From the NCBI GenBank assembly GCA_965223425.1, contig CBDCWS010000001.1, positions 1-64,000 on the forward strand: a DNA stretch of 64,000 bases. The letters are read 5' to 3'. The notes under the pieces were generated by a model. That model was not told where the DNA came from. It saw only the letters and a list, made by a program, of their open reading frames with translations, and ran no database searches. The position numbers were made by a program, and so were the translations under genes. Numbering within the stretch: the first letter of the stretch is position 1; each line of letters begins with the position of its first letter. Source of the DNA: Nitrosopumilus sp. (GTDB lineage: Archaea > Thermoproteota > Nitrososphaeria > Nitrososphaerales > Nitrosopumilaceae). Shown here piece after piece: positions 40,092 through 50,583 of this stretch.

Positions 40092-40171
40092 TTGACTTCT
40101 CCCACAGCTAAAGCGGTGGGATTCTTTCTTTCTTGCTTCATAGTTTAATGCCTCCCTTGTGGAGGTCTTAC

Positions 40172-41355
40172 TCAAACTCCACAAGCGTTTAGACTCTCCG
40201 TATGCCCTACGGCGAGGTGTTTTAGATTTATCGCAGCGTTGACATCTCTGTCTATAGTCTGATCGCAAACACTACAATGATATTCTCGCTCTGATAGCGA
40301 TAGTTCTTTCTTCTTATGCCCACAGTGGCTACACGTCTTACTCGACGCAAAGAACTGTGGAGATTCGGTTATCGGTATACCCAGCACTTCTGCTTTGGAT
40401 TTGAGTTTCTCAAGGAATCCACCTAACGCACTATCGGATAAGGCTTTCGCAAGGTGCTTGTTCTTGAGCATGTTCGTAATCTTAAGCGTTTCAACGCAAA
40501 TACCACTCACACTGGCATTATTAATAATCTCTGTAGTTGCTTTCTGGTGTGCGTCTATCCTGATACAAGTAATCCGATAGTGGCGTCTTTCCACTTTCTG
40601 TTTCTGCTTATACCAGTTGTTAGAGAGAAACACTTTCTTACTAAGCCTGCGTTGCTCACGTTTGAGTTTTCGCTCATTCGGACGGGCGAGAGTTGCTTCG
40701 CGAAGCCGAATCAACGGAAACCGCAGGATTGGCTTTGCAATCCTGCTCTCGCCCGTCCGCAACGTTTCAAAGGTCTTGGGTTCGGATACTGCTTACCGTT
40801 ATCAAGTGTGGCGAGTGAGTTGATACCTACGTCTATACCGACAACAGGGAGTCCACGTGTATCACGAGGAACATTTGGTGTTCCTGTGTCTACCGTTATA
40901 GATACAAACCACCTATGTGCCGTTCTTGATATGGTAATCTTTACAATCTCACCTTTAAACCGTAACTTCTGAAACATACGCACCCGCCCAATCTTTGGGA
41001 GGCGGATACGTTTACCTTTTATTGTGACCGAGTTCGGGTCAGTGCTATAAGATTGACGGTCTCTGCGTTTCTTTTTCTTTGGAAACCTGCTTTGTCCGCT
41101 TCGCCACCGTGATATAGCGTCCCCAAGGTGCTTTATGCCAAATAAGGCTGCGCGCTGATCCATGTCTTTTGCCCATTCTATACCGCGTTTGGCAATGTTA
41201 AAACGCTTATTGAGTTCTTTCCAGTGACGAGGCTCGTTTTTAAAATCAGATAGTCCATAGTTATACGCAAACCGAGAATAACCGCATTGCTGCGAAAACC
41301 ATGAACGCTGCTCGTCAGTTGTGTCTAATGCTATCTTATGTGATTTGATCGCCAT
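40172..41355 (-). pseudogene. tnpB: TnpB frameshifted by an 83-nt palindromic insertion
   Basis: N-half (SHKIAL...GIDVG...NPRPLKR) and C-half (ERKLKR...VETL...DRDVNAAINL) lie in different frames. Confidence 0.9.
40678..40760 (-). mobile_element. Cruciform micro-element GCGGA...TCCGA
   Basis: 14-bp terminal stem CGGACGGGCGAGAG/CTCTCGCCCGTCCG with two inner hairpins; removal restores KRYERKL. Confidence 0.8.
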
Positions 41356-41359
41356 TTGG

Positions 41360-41450
41360 GTTGCTCACGTATCACGCCGTTAACCCCTTTCCAGTGGGTA
41401 GGCAAGCACGCCACCGAGAGGTGACGCTGGAAATACTTGCCAAGACGAAA
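41360..41450 (-). ncRNA. tnpB 5' leader structured RNA, copy 3
   Basis: GGCAAGTA/TGCTTGCC variant of the P1 stem. Confidence 0.68.
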
Positions 41451-41695
41451 AAAGTCAAATCTTTTTTGGACTCCTGCACGAGCGTTACAGGGCTGGACCC
41501 CGGTTTATGCCATAAGGCATAAATACCGTTGATTCACCTAAAGGATTGGGATTGTTAAGGAAGTCCCTTCATAGGTATATCCAATAAAAAAAGGGAGTGT
41601 GTAGGGACACACCCCCTTTTTCTTTTTAACAAAAGGTTAGTTCAAACATTATTTCATCCCTGAAATAACCTATTTAGTTCTGCAAGCCTCGATTC

Positions 41696-44600
41696 TTATT
41701 GGTTCTTCAAGTCACCCCATGTCGTGGTAACTTTACCGGCTGCAGAAACATGTCCTTTCAGACGAGTGGTTGCCAACGCTGTGCGTTTACCATCCAAAGA
41801 AACATCTTCGATCTGGTAGTAGTAAACGACGTTGGGTTTCGCGGTTGTGTCTTTCCACTCGTAGACGTGCTGTTCAGACGTTGTGCCGTGTCCAGCAACG
41901 ATGCCTTTGAGGTTGACAACCTTGTATTCGCCTTTCTTCGTTTCACTCCGCAAGATATTGAATCCAGCGTTGTTCAACTCAGATTGCGTGATCCAACGGA
42001 TAACAACATCACCAGTGGCTTGGTCGCGCAACGGACGGAAACTCGACAGTGAAACTGGGAGTGGACTTCCTTGACGATGTCCGGGCGACGCTATATCATC
42101 GGTATCACCGTAATAGGTTTGCGGCACGAGATTCGTCATTGAAGCGAGAATCCAACCCGCTGCGGTTGTGCCATCATCGGCATCGCTACTGGTATACCGC
42201 CTTAGGAGAGAACTCCGTCCATCGTCGGACATTGGCAATGCCCATGCCGGCGCATCGTCAGTCTTTGCATTGCTGTCAATGTTTCCAACCGAATCCGCTA
42301 CAACATCGCGTGCATCACTTAGCGAGATGTAGAAACCTTCAATGCTCAGTATGCTATCGCGCTGGCTGTTCATCTCAAGCTTCTGACGATGTTTGGCGTA
42401 GAGGTTATAGACACTGGTATCCGGAATATCCGAAGAACGTCTACCGCTACCGGAGACAATCAAAGCTGTCTGGTTCGGCGCGACAATCAGGTCGCCATCA
42501 ATTTTCAGCGTCGTGCTTGTGCGGCCATCCAAGTCTGCGGAATTGACGTTTAGAATCTTCAATTCCCAACCGTTGATGTTAATCGCCTGTGTCCGCGAGG
42601 CGTTGTAAATCTCAATCCACTGTGGCAGATTCCGCCGTGTTTGATCAACCATAACTTCGCTGATACTGATCATGCCTGTGAACTTCGCCTTACTGTCGGC
42701 ATCAAAGTACTCAGCTTGGACAGCGTCGTTGGCATAGCCGGGTGTGCCAGAATTGAAAGTGGTTTTGTTCCGATCAACACCTAAACCCGTGACACCAGCA
42801 TCACCTACCCAAGAATCACCGTGGAAAAGGGCTTTAGCTGTGTCAAGTCTCCAGGTCTTGTCATCGTTCATACCCAGATCATCCTTTGCACCAGCACCAA
42901 CGGATCTCAGGGGCCAGGCATCGGTGTTATAATTCGGGTCGTCATCCACTAATCCGAAATACCCACCATTACCGGCTGCGACATCAACAATCTTCTCATG
43001 CGACCCCGCTTTTACCTCTGTCCGAAGGATAAGGAAGAACTTACCCGTGTCGGGCAGCTCCAAGTCGGCATCTACATAATACAGCGTGTCAACGCCCTGC
43101 TTGGACGAATTCGGATCCGCAACGTTCTGACCCACAGCGAGACTTGTATCGGCAGGATCGGTGTTTACGATAACCAGATACCCACCCCCAGGGATCACGA
43201 TGTCTTCATCTGCGTCAGCAAAAGTAACAATCGCCACATCCTTCTTAGCGTGAGCGTCAGTATCATCAGTGGCAACCAATTCCGCGCTAACCATGCTAAG
43301 CACATATTTCTTGATATCCACCGATCCGGTCTTCTGATTGTGGAGTTCAATCCACTCATGCTTGGCTGCAGAACGGTTGGCGATCTCGTTGAAGATAACA
43401 CCATCACGAGCAACGGTATCTGCTGCGTCTGCAGAGATGATGTTTATGATCTGATCTTGACCCGGTGTGGCATAGCGATTACCTGTCTGGTACCTGCCAC
43501 GGTTGGCTTCGTCTTCCTTCCAGCTCCCATTACGAGTGCCATCGGGAATCGCATTCAACTGATCTGCGCGATTCTTATCGGTCTTCACGCGATCCTTGTG
43601 GTTGATGTTACGATACATTGAGACGAACGCTATGGGTGAAGAAGCAGGAATACCATTACCCGCTAAGTTCCCAAGGCTACCGTTTTGACCGTAACTGCCT
43701 GATGTGACATTCCATTGACCTAAGCCCCAGTTGCTCATCCTATCAGTCGTATTCGCAGCTTTGTCTCCGGGGTTCCCACTGGTCATATTCAATGTCCACA
43801 TCCCAGGTTTTGCATTGGCAACGACTACACTATCTTTACTTACCTGTGTCGAATCCGCTGCAACATAGAGCTCAATCCACTGACTCTGTGTCTGGACTAT
43901 GCCTGGAAGCGGAGTCGCATCGGCAGCCCACATGATTTCACTGATAACGACATCCTTATCGAGAGATCCCGTCGGACCTACTAGGTCGATAGCACCACCG
44001 CCGAAGCGGAAGAACCCTTCTAAGTCTGTCCACAGCGCATCAGGAACTACAGTTGTCGATACGTTGGCAGCAGCAAGCTTAATATCATTCAGCGCCGTTG
44101 CGGGCTGAAGAATTATATAGTCACCTGCTTGTAATGCAGCGGCATCAAGCATAAATGTTATCGCACCAGCTGCACCAGCAGCGACTGGGTTCATCGTGCC
44201 ACCTATCACCACAGGCACAGGCGTTTCACCGCTTGTCGTAGCGACAGTGATCGTAAACGTCAGCGTGGCTGCTGTCTCTGCTGCATCTGACGACGTGGCT
44301 GTATAGGTATACATCGTTGCTGCCATCGCCGCAGTTGGCGTGCCAGAGAGCATACGCGTCGCCGCAGTGAAAGTTAAACCCGCAGGGAGTGTCGGGGTGA
44401 TTGTGTAAGTGGTCGTGTCAGTAGCGTCTGCGTCTGTCGCCGCAGGCAACGTCACAGATGCAATCGCTGTGCCGGCAGTCGCGGATACAGCTGTAATAGA
44501 TGTACCTGCTGCGAACGCAGGATTGTTCTGAGTAACAACGGCAGGTGCCGTCCGTGCTGCCAAGGTAACAGTAGCCGTCGCCGTTCCTGTGTTGCCTGAC

Positions 44601-46039
44601 ATATCGGAACCAGTCACTGTGAGTGTAACTGCGGTTTCGGCAATATCGCCCGTCGTCGCAGTCGCAGCTAACGGTGTAATCGTAACCATGTAGGTATCGG
44701 TAGTTGCTCCAGCAGCAACAGCTGAAATCATGTAATTACCGGCTGCGGGTGTTGGGCTTCCTGTAACCGTCGGCATCCCTGTAGCAGGATTGACTTCGGT
44801 AACTCTGAAGGCAAGCGTAACCGCAGCACTTTGTGCCGCCGTAGGCGGTGCTGTGATAGCCACAACCGGATCTGTAGTGTCTGGTGTTGGTGGACCCATG
44901 CCAACCATCGTCGTTGGAGGTGCCGTATTAGTAATCTTCTTGGAATACGCTTCTGACGTGGTTAGAGTCAGCGGCGGGTCTGCCAAACGATCATACTGTA
45001 CAATTGCCACATACGTTTGACTTGCATCCGTTGGCATACGCTCGGCTTTTGGTGTAACGTGACTCAGCTCAACCGTTGCCATATTTTTGTCTGTCGCAAC
45101 AAGATTTTCAAGATCAAAATCCTTTATAATAGGATCAGCCCCTGTGAATGTAACCTCCACCTTGAAAGTCCTTGCTTCAGGATCATGGCTATCGTCAACA
45201 ATATTAATGGCTACAGCGGGATTAACCTTTATTACTGGCGGAATTGTTTCAGATGTGACATCTTTTGCCGCCACATAAGATTCCTCCAATGTTACTGTTA
45301 AGTCAGGTGCGCCGGCTGGGTGGGTTATGCTTCCTGTGAAGACCCAATCACCATCTGCATTTACGGCGGTAGGAGCAGCGTTAAGTGTAGGAGCAGCATC
45401 AATATAACTGGGTTCGACCTTAACCTTAGCATCCGTAAGCCCTGGATCCGCATCTGCATCTGTAAACGTGAAAGTCAGCTTATAATTCTGACCGTCAGTG
45501 GGGTCCGTGTCGGTATCATCCAGTTCTGCCGTAATGACAACCTTTTGATCAAGCAATTCAGGCGGAAGGGAGAACCGCATGCTATTCTCAACGTTCCCTT
45601 TACCACCAACCAAAGTGCTGGTAAACGCATCTTCTGGTACGGATACGTGAAAGCCAACAGCAGTAGCAGCAACAGCTGGGGTAAGAGTACCCAACCCTGT
45701 TGTAAGATTAATAGTCTTGCTGTAACTTTTATTGTCGGTACTTCTATCATTTGTAACAAGATTCGCGTCTATAGGATCAGCACCTAACCCCACATCGTCC
45801 TTATCATAGAATTGGTAAGTAACCTCTTTATCAGCCGCAGTACTAGGATCACCAACAGGCTCTGTCAAAGCGATTTTCAGTATAAAAGCACCTCGCTCTG
45901 ACGGTGCAGTAGCCGTACCAGCATCCGTAATCGTCACCGTTGGCCCGCCCTCCGCTGCCATCACAGAAGTCGCAACGAAAGCGAACATTAGTAAAAAAAC
46001 TAAACTCGTCAAGGAAAATGTCAATTTATTTGACAACAT
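41696..46039 (-). CDS. Large secreted protein with Ig-like and lamin-tail domains and a Poribacteria-type C-terminus
   Basis: AGGAGG RBS and signal peptide; He_PIG-like LPAGLTF..LSGTPT; three ISEIM/FNEI...WIELY lamin-tail domains; PLPVSLSSF...GKVTTTWGDLK. Confidence 0.88.
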   Translation of the reverse strand: MLSNKLTFSLTSLVFLLMFAFVATSVMAAEGGPTVTITDAGTATAPSERGAFILKIALTEPVGDPSTAADKEVTYQFYDKDDVGLGADPIDANLVTNDRSTDNKSYSKTINLTTGLGTLTPAVAATAVGFHVSVPEDAFTSTLVGGKGNVENSMRFSLPPELLDQKVVITAELDDTDTDPTDGQNYKLTFTFTDADADPGLTDAKVKVEPSYIDAAPTLNAAPTAVNADGDWVFTGSITHPAGAPDLTVTLEESYVAAKDVTSETIPPVIKVNPAVAINIVDDSHDPEARTFKVEVTFTGADPIIKDFDLENLVATDKNMATVELSHVTPKAERMPTDASQTYVAIVQYDRLADPPLTLTTSEAYSKKITNTAPPTTMVGMGPPTPDTTDPVVAITAPPTAAQSAAVTLAFRVTEVNPATGMPTVTGSPTPAAGNYMISAVAAGATTDTYMVTITPLAATATTGDIAETAVTLTVTGSDMSGNTGTATATVTLAARTAPAVVTQNNPAFAAGTSITAVSATAGTAIASVTLPAATDADATDTTTYTITPTLPAGLTFTAATRMLSGTPTAAMAATMYTYTATSSDAAETAATLTFTITVATTSGETPVPVVIGGTMNPVAAGAAGAITFMLDAAALQAGDYIILQPATALNDIKLAAANVSTTVVPDALWTDLEGFFRFGGGAIDLVGPTGSLDKDVVISEIMWAADATPLPGIVQTQSQWIELYVAADSTQVSKDSVVVANAKPGMWTLNMTSGNPGDKAANTTDRMSNWGLGQWNVTSGSYGQNGSLGNLAGNGIPASSPIAFVSMYRNINHKDRVKTDKNRADQLNAIPDGTRNGSWKEDEANRGRYQTGNRYATPGQDQIINIISADAADTVARDGVIFNEIANRSAAKHEWIELHNQKTGSVDIKKYVLSMVSAELVATDDTDAHAKKDVAIVTFADADEDIVIPGGGYLVIVNTDPADTSLAVGQNVADPNSSKQGVDTLYYVDADLELPDTGKFFLILRTEVKAGSHEKIVDVAAGNGGYFGLVDDDPNYNTDAWPLRSVGAGAKDDLGMNDDKTWRLDTAKALFHGDSWVGDAGVTGLGVDRNKTTFNSGTPGYANDAVQAEYFDADSKAKFTGMISISEVMVDQTRRNLPQWIEIYNASRTQAININGWELKILNVNSADLDGRTSTTLKIDGDLIVAPNQTALIVSGSGRRSSDIPDTSVYNLYAKHRQKLEMNSQRDSILSIEGFYISLSDARDVVADSVGNIDSNAKTDDAPAWALPMSDDGRSSLLRRYTSSDADDGTTAAGWILASMTNLVPQTYYGDTDDIASPGHRQGSPLPVSLSSFRPLRDQATGDVVIRWITQSELNNAGFNILRSETKKGEYKVVNLKGIVAGHGTTSEQHVYEWKDTTAKPNVVYYYQIEDVSLDGKRTALATTRLKGHVSAAGKVTTTWGDLKNQ

Positions 46040-46218
46040 TACGTATTTTCCTCCTAATCTATAGGAAATAAAAAACATTTACAATACACAGCACCGGTTT
46101 TGTACAACCCATGCCGTATCAAAACACTTTGGGAAATGTGAACCTCGTTTAGATATGACTCGCATTCCCACGTAAAAACAAAGAACGGATCAGGGATTCT
46201 TTGACCATTCTCTTTGAT

Positions 46219-46449
46219 CTAACCTTGCGCCAACACCTTATTGGCATTGTCGCGCATAGCGAGGTGTTTTTCAACGACCGCCTTTTTCTCAGCGGCGATG
46301 AGGTCTTTTTCGGTCTCTATCCACAAAGGATGTTTTTTCATGCGAACGACTGTCGGCTTAGATGCGCCGATTGTAACGGCGATCTCGTCATTGCTTTTTC
46401 CATTGAAAGCCAAATAACAGGCTTTAATAATGTCGCGATGTGAATACAT
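46219..46449 (-). CDS. Small HTH protein
   Basis: GKSNDEIAVTIGASKPTVVRMK; GGAG/AAGGA upstream. Confidence 0.6.
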   Translation of the reverse strand: MYSHRDIIKACYLAFNGKSNDEIAVTIGASKPTVVRMKKHPLWIETEKDLIAAEKKAVVEKHLAMRDNANKVLAQG

Positions 46450-46792
46450 CCTTATATCTCCTCTATATAGCCATGAATCAACCGAATCAATCAACCTTAC
46501 CCCCTGCTATGTATATAGAATACAATTTTTAACGTATTAAGTCAAGAAAAATTACAAAAAATTTCAATTTTTATGCAGAATTGTTGAAAAAAGTCTAATT
46601 TTCACCAAATTTTACCCTAAAAAAGCGTTAAAGCCGACCAGAGTCCGTTGTGTAGGACTTAAACAAACCTTACATTTCTGTTTGATTGTTGCCATGCTTC
46701 CTGTTTCAACGTCCACTGCCTCCAAACGAGGTCTTATATGAACTCCACAGGCGTTTTACTTCTCCTCGCAACTCGTGGCGAAGTGTTAAAGG

Positions 46793-47887
46793 TTAAGTGG
46801 GACACAGATTGATAGCCGCGTTGTGATCTCGATCGCATTCAAAACCGCATTCAGAACAGTGATAGGTGCGATCCGAGAGCGTGAGGTCATCTTTCTTGTG
46901 TCCACAACTGCTACACGTTTTGCTACTCGCAAAGAACATATCGGCTTGTGTTATCGGTATACCGCGACGCTCTGCCTTGTATTTCAACATCGTTAGAAAG
47001 CGAGAAAAAGCCGAGTCGGATAAAGCCTTTGCCAACCTACGATTTTTCAAAAGTCCGCTGATATTCAGTGTTTCTATACCGATAGCAGCGGCACTTTTGA
47101 CGATAGCCGTTGACGCTTTATGGTGTGCGTCCTCACGTATACAGGCAATGCGATAGTGGACTGCACCGAGTCGTTTCTTTGCTTTCTGCCAATTCTGTGA
47201 GCCTTTGCACTTACGTGATAAATCCTTGTTAGCACGTCTCAATTTGCGTTGATACCGCTTCAGAGGGCGTGGATTATCGTATACAACGCCATCAGAACAC
47301 GTAGCGAGGGTGTTGATACCTACGTCAACGCCTATCGGCTCTCTATCGTCAAACAGGAGCGTTTGGTGTGTGTAATTGCTTTCGTTACACCGAACCAGTA
47401 TAGAAACGAACCAGCGATCGTTACGCTTGGATACCACAACCTTAGAGACATCACCTTTAAACCGCAGTTCCTCACGCATCCGCACCCAGCCGATCTTGGG
47501 CAGATTGATACGCTTTTTGTAAACTTCAACCGTTCCTACGCCATTGTCGGCTTGATAGGAGATTCTATCAGATCGTTTCTTATAGACGGGGAATCGGTTC
47601 TGTTTACTTTTCCAACGTTTCACGGCATCACCAAAGTTGTGGATAGCATTCTTGGACGCGTTCTGTGAGAGATCGTTACACCATGCAAACTTATCAGGTT
47701 TGACGGCGTTAAACTCACGCTTGATGCCGTAAAGACTCCGCCATTCGTCAGCATCTAAGCCTGTCTTGAAAGACGACAAAGCAAAGTTGAAAGCAACGCG
47801 GGTATAGCCACAATGCTGCGCCATCAACGTGGATTGCTTGTTATTCGGGTTAAGTTCGATTTTCTGAGTTCGTAAAGGCAGCGTCAT
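46793..47887 (-). CDS. tnpB: TnpB RNA-guided nuclease
   Basis: KIELNPNNKQ N-terminus; GVDVG, IETLN, DRDHNAAINL; zinc finger. Confidence 0.95.
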   Translation of the reverse strand: MTLPLRTQKIELNPNNKQSTLMAQHCGYTRVAFNFALSSFKTGLDADEWRSLYGIKREFNAVKPDKFAWCNDLSQNASKNAIHNFGDAVKRWKSKQNRFPVYKKRSDRISYQADNGVGTVEVYKKRINLPKIGWVRMREELRFKGDVSKVVVSKRNDRWFVSILVRCNESNYTHQTLLFDDREPIGVDVGINTLATCSDGVVYDNPRPLKRYQRKLRRANKDLSRKCKGSQNWQKAKKRLGAVHYRIACIREDAHHKASTAIVKSAAAIGIETLNISGLLKNRRLAKALSDSAFSRFLTMLKYKAERRGIPITQADMFFASSKTCSSCGHKKDDLTLSDRTYHCSECGFECDRDHNAAINLCPT

Positions 47888-47891
47888 TGGT

Positions 47892-47977
47892 TACCAGTTA
47901 CCAGCGTTTAACCCCTATCCAGTGGGTAGGCAGACACGCCACCTTGCAGTGACGCTGGATATGTCTGCCAACTGGTA
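47892..47977 (-). ncRNA. tnpB 5' leader structured RNA, copy 4
   Basis: ATCCAG/CTGGAT and TACCAGTT/AACTGGTA compensatory variants. Confidence 0.7.
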
Positions 47978-48548
47978 TATATATTCTAACATTTGTGTGT
48001 TATTTTGTCAAGAAAAAAGCCGAAGCCAATAGGAGTCCCAAGTTCCCATCGGCTTCAACATTTTAGTTTGAATTTGGAGGAGTGAATGTTGCCAAACACT
48101 CAACCAATATTAACAATACGTTATTTATCACTTTTTGTCAAATTAAATCATAATAGAATGTAGTATACTCCTTATATCCGTTGGACAGGAATGCAAACGC
48201 CTGCATTCCTTGCAGGTGTCCTGTCCATCCTTTTGCATGGATAGAACGGATACGGATATTTTCCGTGGATACTACATTCGGTCTATGAGTTATGGGGTTA
48301 TGATCCCCCAATCGTTTGTAATGAGAGGTAGTTGCCTCTATAGGATTGTGTAGGTGTTCCCTCCACAACTGGCATATTAGAACCTCAACGATGAACCTAA
48401 GTATCAGTATATCTTGTGGGATTTAGAGATATTCTGTAGTTGTGCTTTGGCTGGCACCGCGATGTTTTGCGATCGTGTCGGTCTGAGAAATCAGACAATC
48501 GGTCTATAAGAATGAAAGAGATACCCCACTCGCTGAAATAGGACGGGC

Positions 48549-48589
48549 ATCTAAAGGAATCCCACTCCTTTAGGTGTGGGAGCAGTCAA
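48549..48589 (+). mobile_element. Orphan IS200/IS605 right-end hairpin
   Basis: GGAATCCCACTCCTTTAGGTGTGGGAGCAGTCAA. Confidence 0.65.
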
Positions 48590-48759
48590 CGCTGTATTTG
48601 ACGGTATTTCGGTTATGCCTGCCCTGTCTGCGTTCATGCTATTCTATGCGCGCCTCAAGACATTCGATCTCTTTTAGTTTCGAGTAGTATTCAGCGAAGT
48701 TTTCACCACCGCGTGGTCGCTTATGCCAACGCCAAAGTTTGCGCTTAGACTGCTGATAC

Positions 48760-49299
48760 TTACGTGCCAGGCTCTCCGCTCCTTACAGGAGGCACTTCAT
48801 TGCCCCAGTAATCCCAGTCATTGTCGAAGTCAAAGATAGTTGGACGGGCAAAGAGTTCGATTTTCGGTAGGTTCGGGTGTGTTTTATCTATTGCTGTTCT
48901 TACTTGTAAAGGTTTCACGCTGTGTGTTCCTCGCCTAACTGATAAAACATACCCGTGGGTTTCCTCTATAGTGGATTCAGTAAAATTGCCGCGTGTACCT
49001 ACAAGTATGAGTTCATGCTGATTGCGCGCCCAATATCCCATACCTGCAACCTTCTTATCCCATAGTATGTTGGTTTTGTATTCAAAGCCCCAAGCGTTCA
49101 TTACTTCAAATGCTTCGGGAAATTTCGGTGCGGTTGCCCAAAGGTAAAGCACAGCATCCGTATGGCAAAATTCCCCAACGTCAATCGCCTTGATGTCCTC
49201 TATAGCCATTGTAGGATAATGGTTTTCAATCTTACGGCTGTCTGATCTGCTAAAATCATACCGCCACGGGGGGTCGGCATAAATTACTTGATATTTCAA
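48760..49299 (-). CDS. MT-A70-family N6-adenine methyltransferase
   Basis: YADPPW, HYPTM, LYLWAT, AWGFEYK, HSVKP, KIELFAR. Confidence 0.92.
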   Translation of the reverse strand: MKYQVIYADPPWRYDFSRSDSRKIENHYPTMAIEDIKAIDVGEFCHTDAVLYLWATAPKFPEAFEVMNAWGFEYKTNILWDKKVAGMGYWARNQHELILVGTRGNFTESTIEETHGYVLSVRRGTHSVKPLQVRTAIDKTHPNLPKIELFARPTIFDFDNDWDYWGNEVPPVRSGEPGT

Positions 49300-49527
49300 T
49301 GTCTAACCCCTTTTGAAGCGTTTTCCGCGCCTTCTTTTACGTGCCATGTTATCCACTTTTAGCTTGTGGACATTTCCAATCAGGGCATTCCTGCGCCATT
49401 TCAGTAAAAAATGTCCTACCAAGATTCGTAGTTATCAATGGATTCCCGTTCAAAAATCATCCCCCGCACTGCCTACCACTGCTCGGTGCTGTCGGCTTCC
49501 GGTTTGGCAACCCCGTAGAATACTGAG

Positions 49528-50568
49528 TTACGCTTGGGTATTAGTTTCGTTTTGTGCATTATGCTTCCCCCGGAGCAGACTCTCGTCTATTCGGTTACCA
49601 TTCTGCGCTTCTACTAAAATCTGCGCAATTTGGTCATCTGTAAGGTGATCGAGATTCTTTATAATAAAGTATTCCGCATCCATCATTATTTTGCTGGCAT
49701 CAACTGATATTTTTCTTAGTTGATCCAATGCGTCAGGATTTTCTGCCAATAATTTGGCTGTTTCAGCGGAATCTTTTGTCAACTCATTGATAATACTATC
49801 AACTTCGTCAAGATGTGTGCCAATTGTGTCACAGCCCGCACCATAATAATTGTCCATTTCAAAACAGTTTTTACACCGTGTAAATTCACACTTCCCATTA
49901 GGGCGTTCTATATAGAATGCATACTCTGAATAATTCCCACTGCGACAGTATAATTCGTGTAACAGGGTTTGAATATTAGCGAAACAGATACTTCTATTGA
50001 TTTCATAATGTTCCAAAGTATGAGGTTCTATGTAGCATAATCTGACGCTATCCTGTTCCTTTAGGACTTGGAAAACCGATTTTTTGTGCTTTATCACCTC
50101 ATCTGCTAATCCAAGTTTGACAACCTTTCTCGCTGCATCCATTATGCGTGTGGATACTTGCACTTCCTTAGCCATTTGCGATGACGACTTGGGTCTGTAA
50201 TTTTGCAGACCCTCTATATGCTGATTATCGCCTAACTGCATCCATTCGCTCTGGTGTGCAAGTGCCTTGACGACTGCCCTATGGCTTGCGGTCATGTGCC
50301 GTCTAAAGTAGTTTACCCCCATTGCGAAGCCCAACGGGTTCTGAATACCATCGAGTGGCGTGAACTCAAGTTCTGAAACCTTCTCAAGATTTACTGCCAC
50401 TTGATACCTATGCCAACCGTCTAATATCTTGCCTTCATAGACGTAAATGATAGGCTGTGCAAAGCCGTTCTGTTCTATATCAGTATTCAGTTCCGAAAAC
50501 TCCAATTCGGTCATATCTCCAAAGAGACTTGATAATTCATGCCTTTCAAAGTGATTCTTACTTGTCAT
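49528..50568 (-). CDS. Phage-type ParB-N domain protein
   Basis: HELSSLF..M...EF..L..DI..NG...PI...ILDGWHRY...N..RRHMT. Confidence 0.8.
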   Translation of the reverse strand: MTSKNHFERHELSSLFGDMTELEFSELNTDIEQNGFAQPIIYVYEGKILDGWHRYQVAVNLEKVSELEFTPLDGIQNPLGFAMGVNYFRRHMTASHRAVVKALAHQSEWMQLGDNQHIEGLQNYRPKSSSQMAKEVQVSTRIMDAARKVVKLGLADEVIKHKKSVFQVLKEQDSVRLCYIEPHTLEHYEINRSICFANIQTLLHELYCRSGNYSEYAFYIERPNGKCEFTRCKNCFEMDNYYGAGCDTIGTHLDEVDSIINELTKDSAETAKLLAENPDALDQLRKISVDASKIMMDAEYFIIKNLDHLTDDQIAQILVEAQNGNRIDESLLRGKHNAQNETNTQA

Positions 50569-50583
50569 GTGCTAACCCCTTTT

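Larger units (their letters stand above)
40092..41460 (-). mobile_element. tnpB element with an IS200/IS605-type right end
   Basis: RE GAATCCCACCGCTTTAGCTGTGGGAGAAGTCAA; left boundary approximate. Confidence 0.75.
46645..48010 (-). mobile_element. tnpB element with an IS607-like right end; no transposase
   Basis: Omega-RNA-like CGCCTGTGGAG...GTTGAAACAGGAA; ends GTAAGGTTTGTTTAAGTCCTACACAACGG; promoter TTGACA-N17-TAGAAT. Confidence 0.7.
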
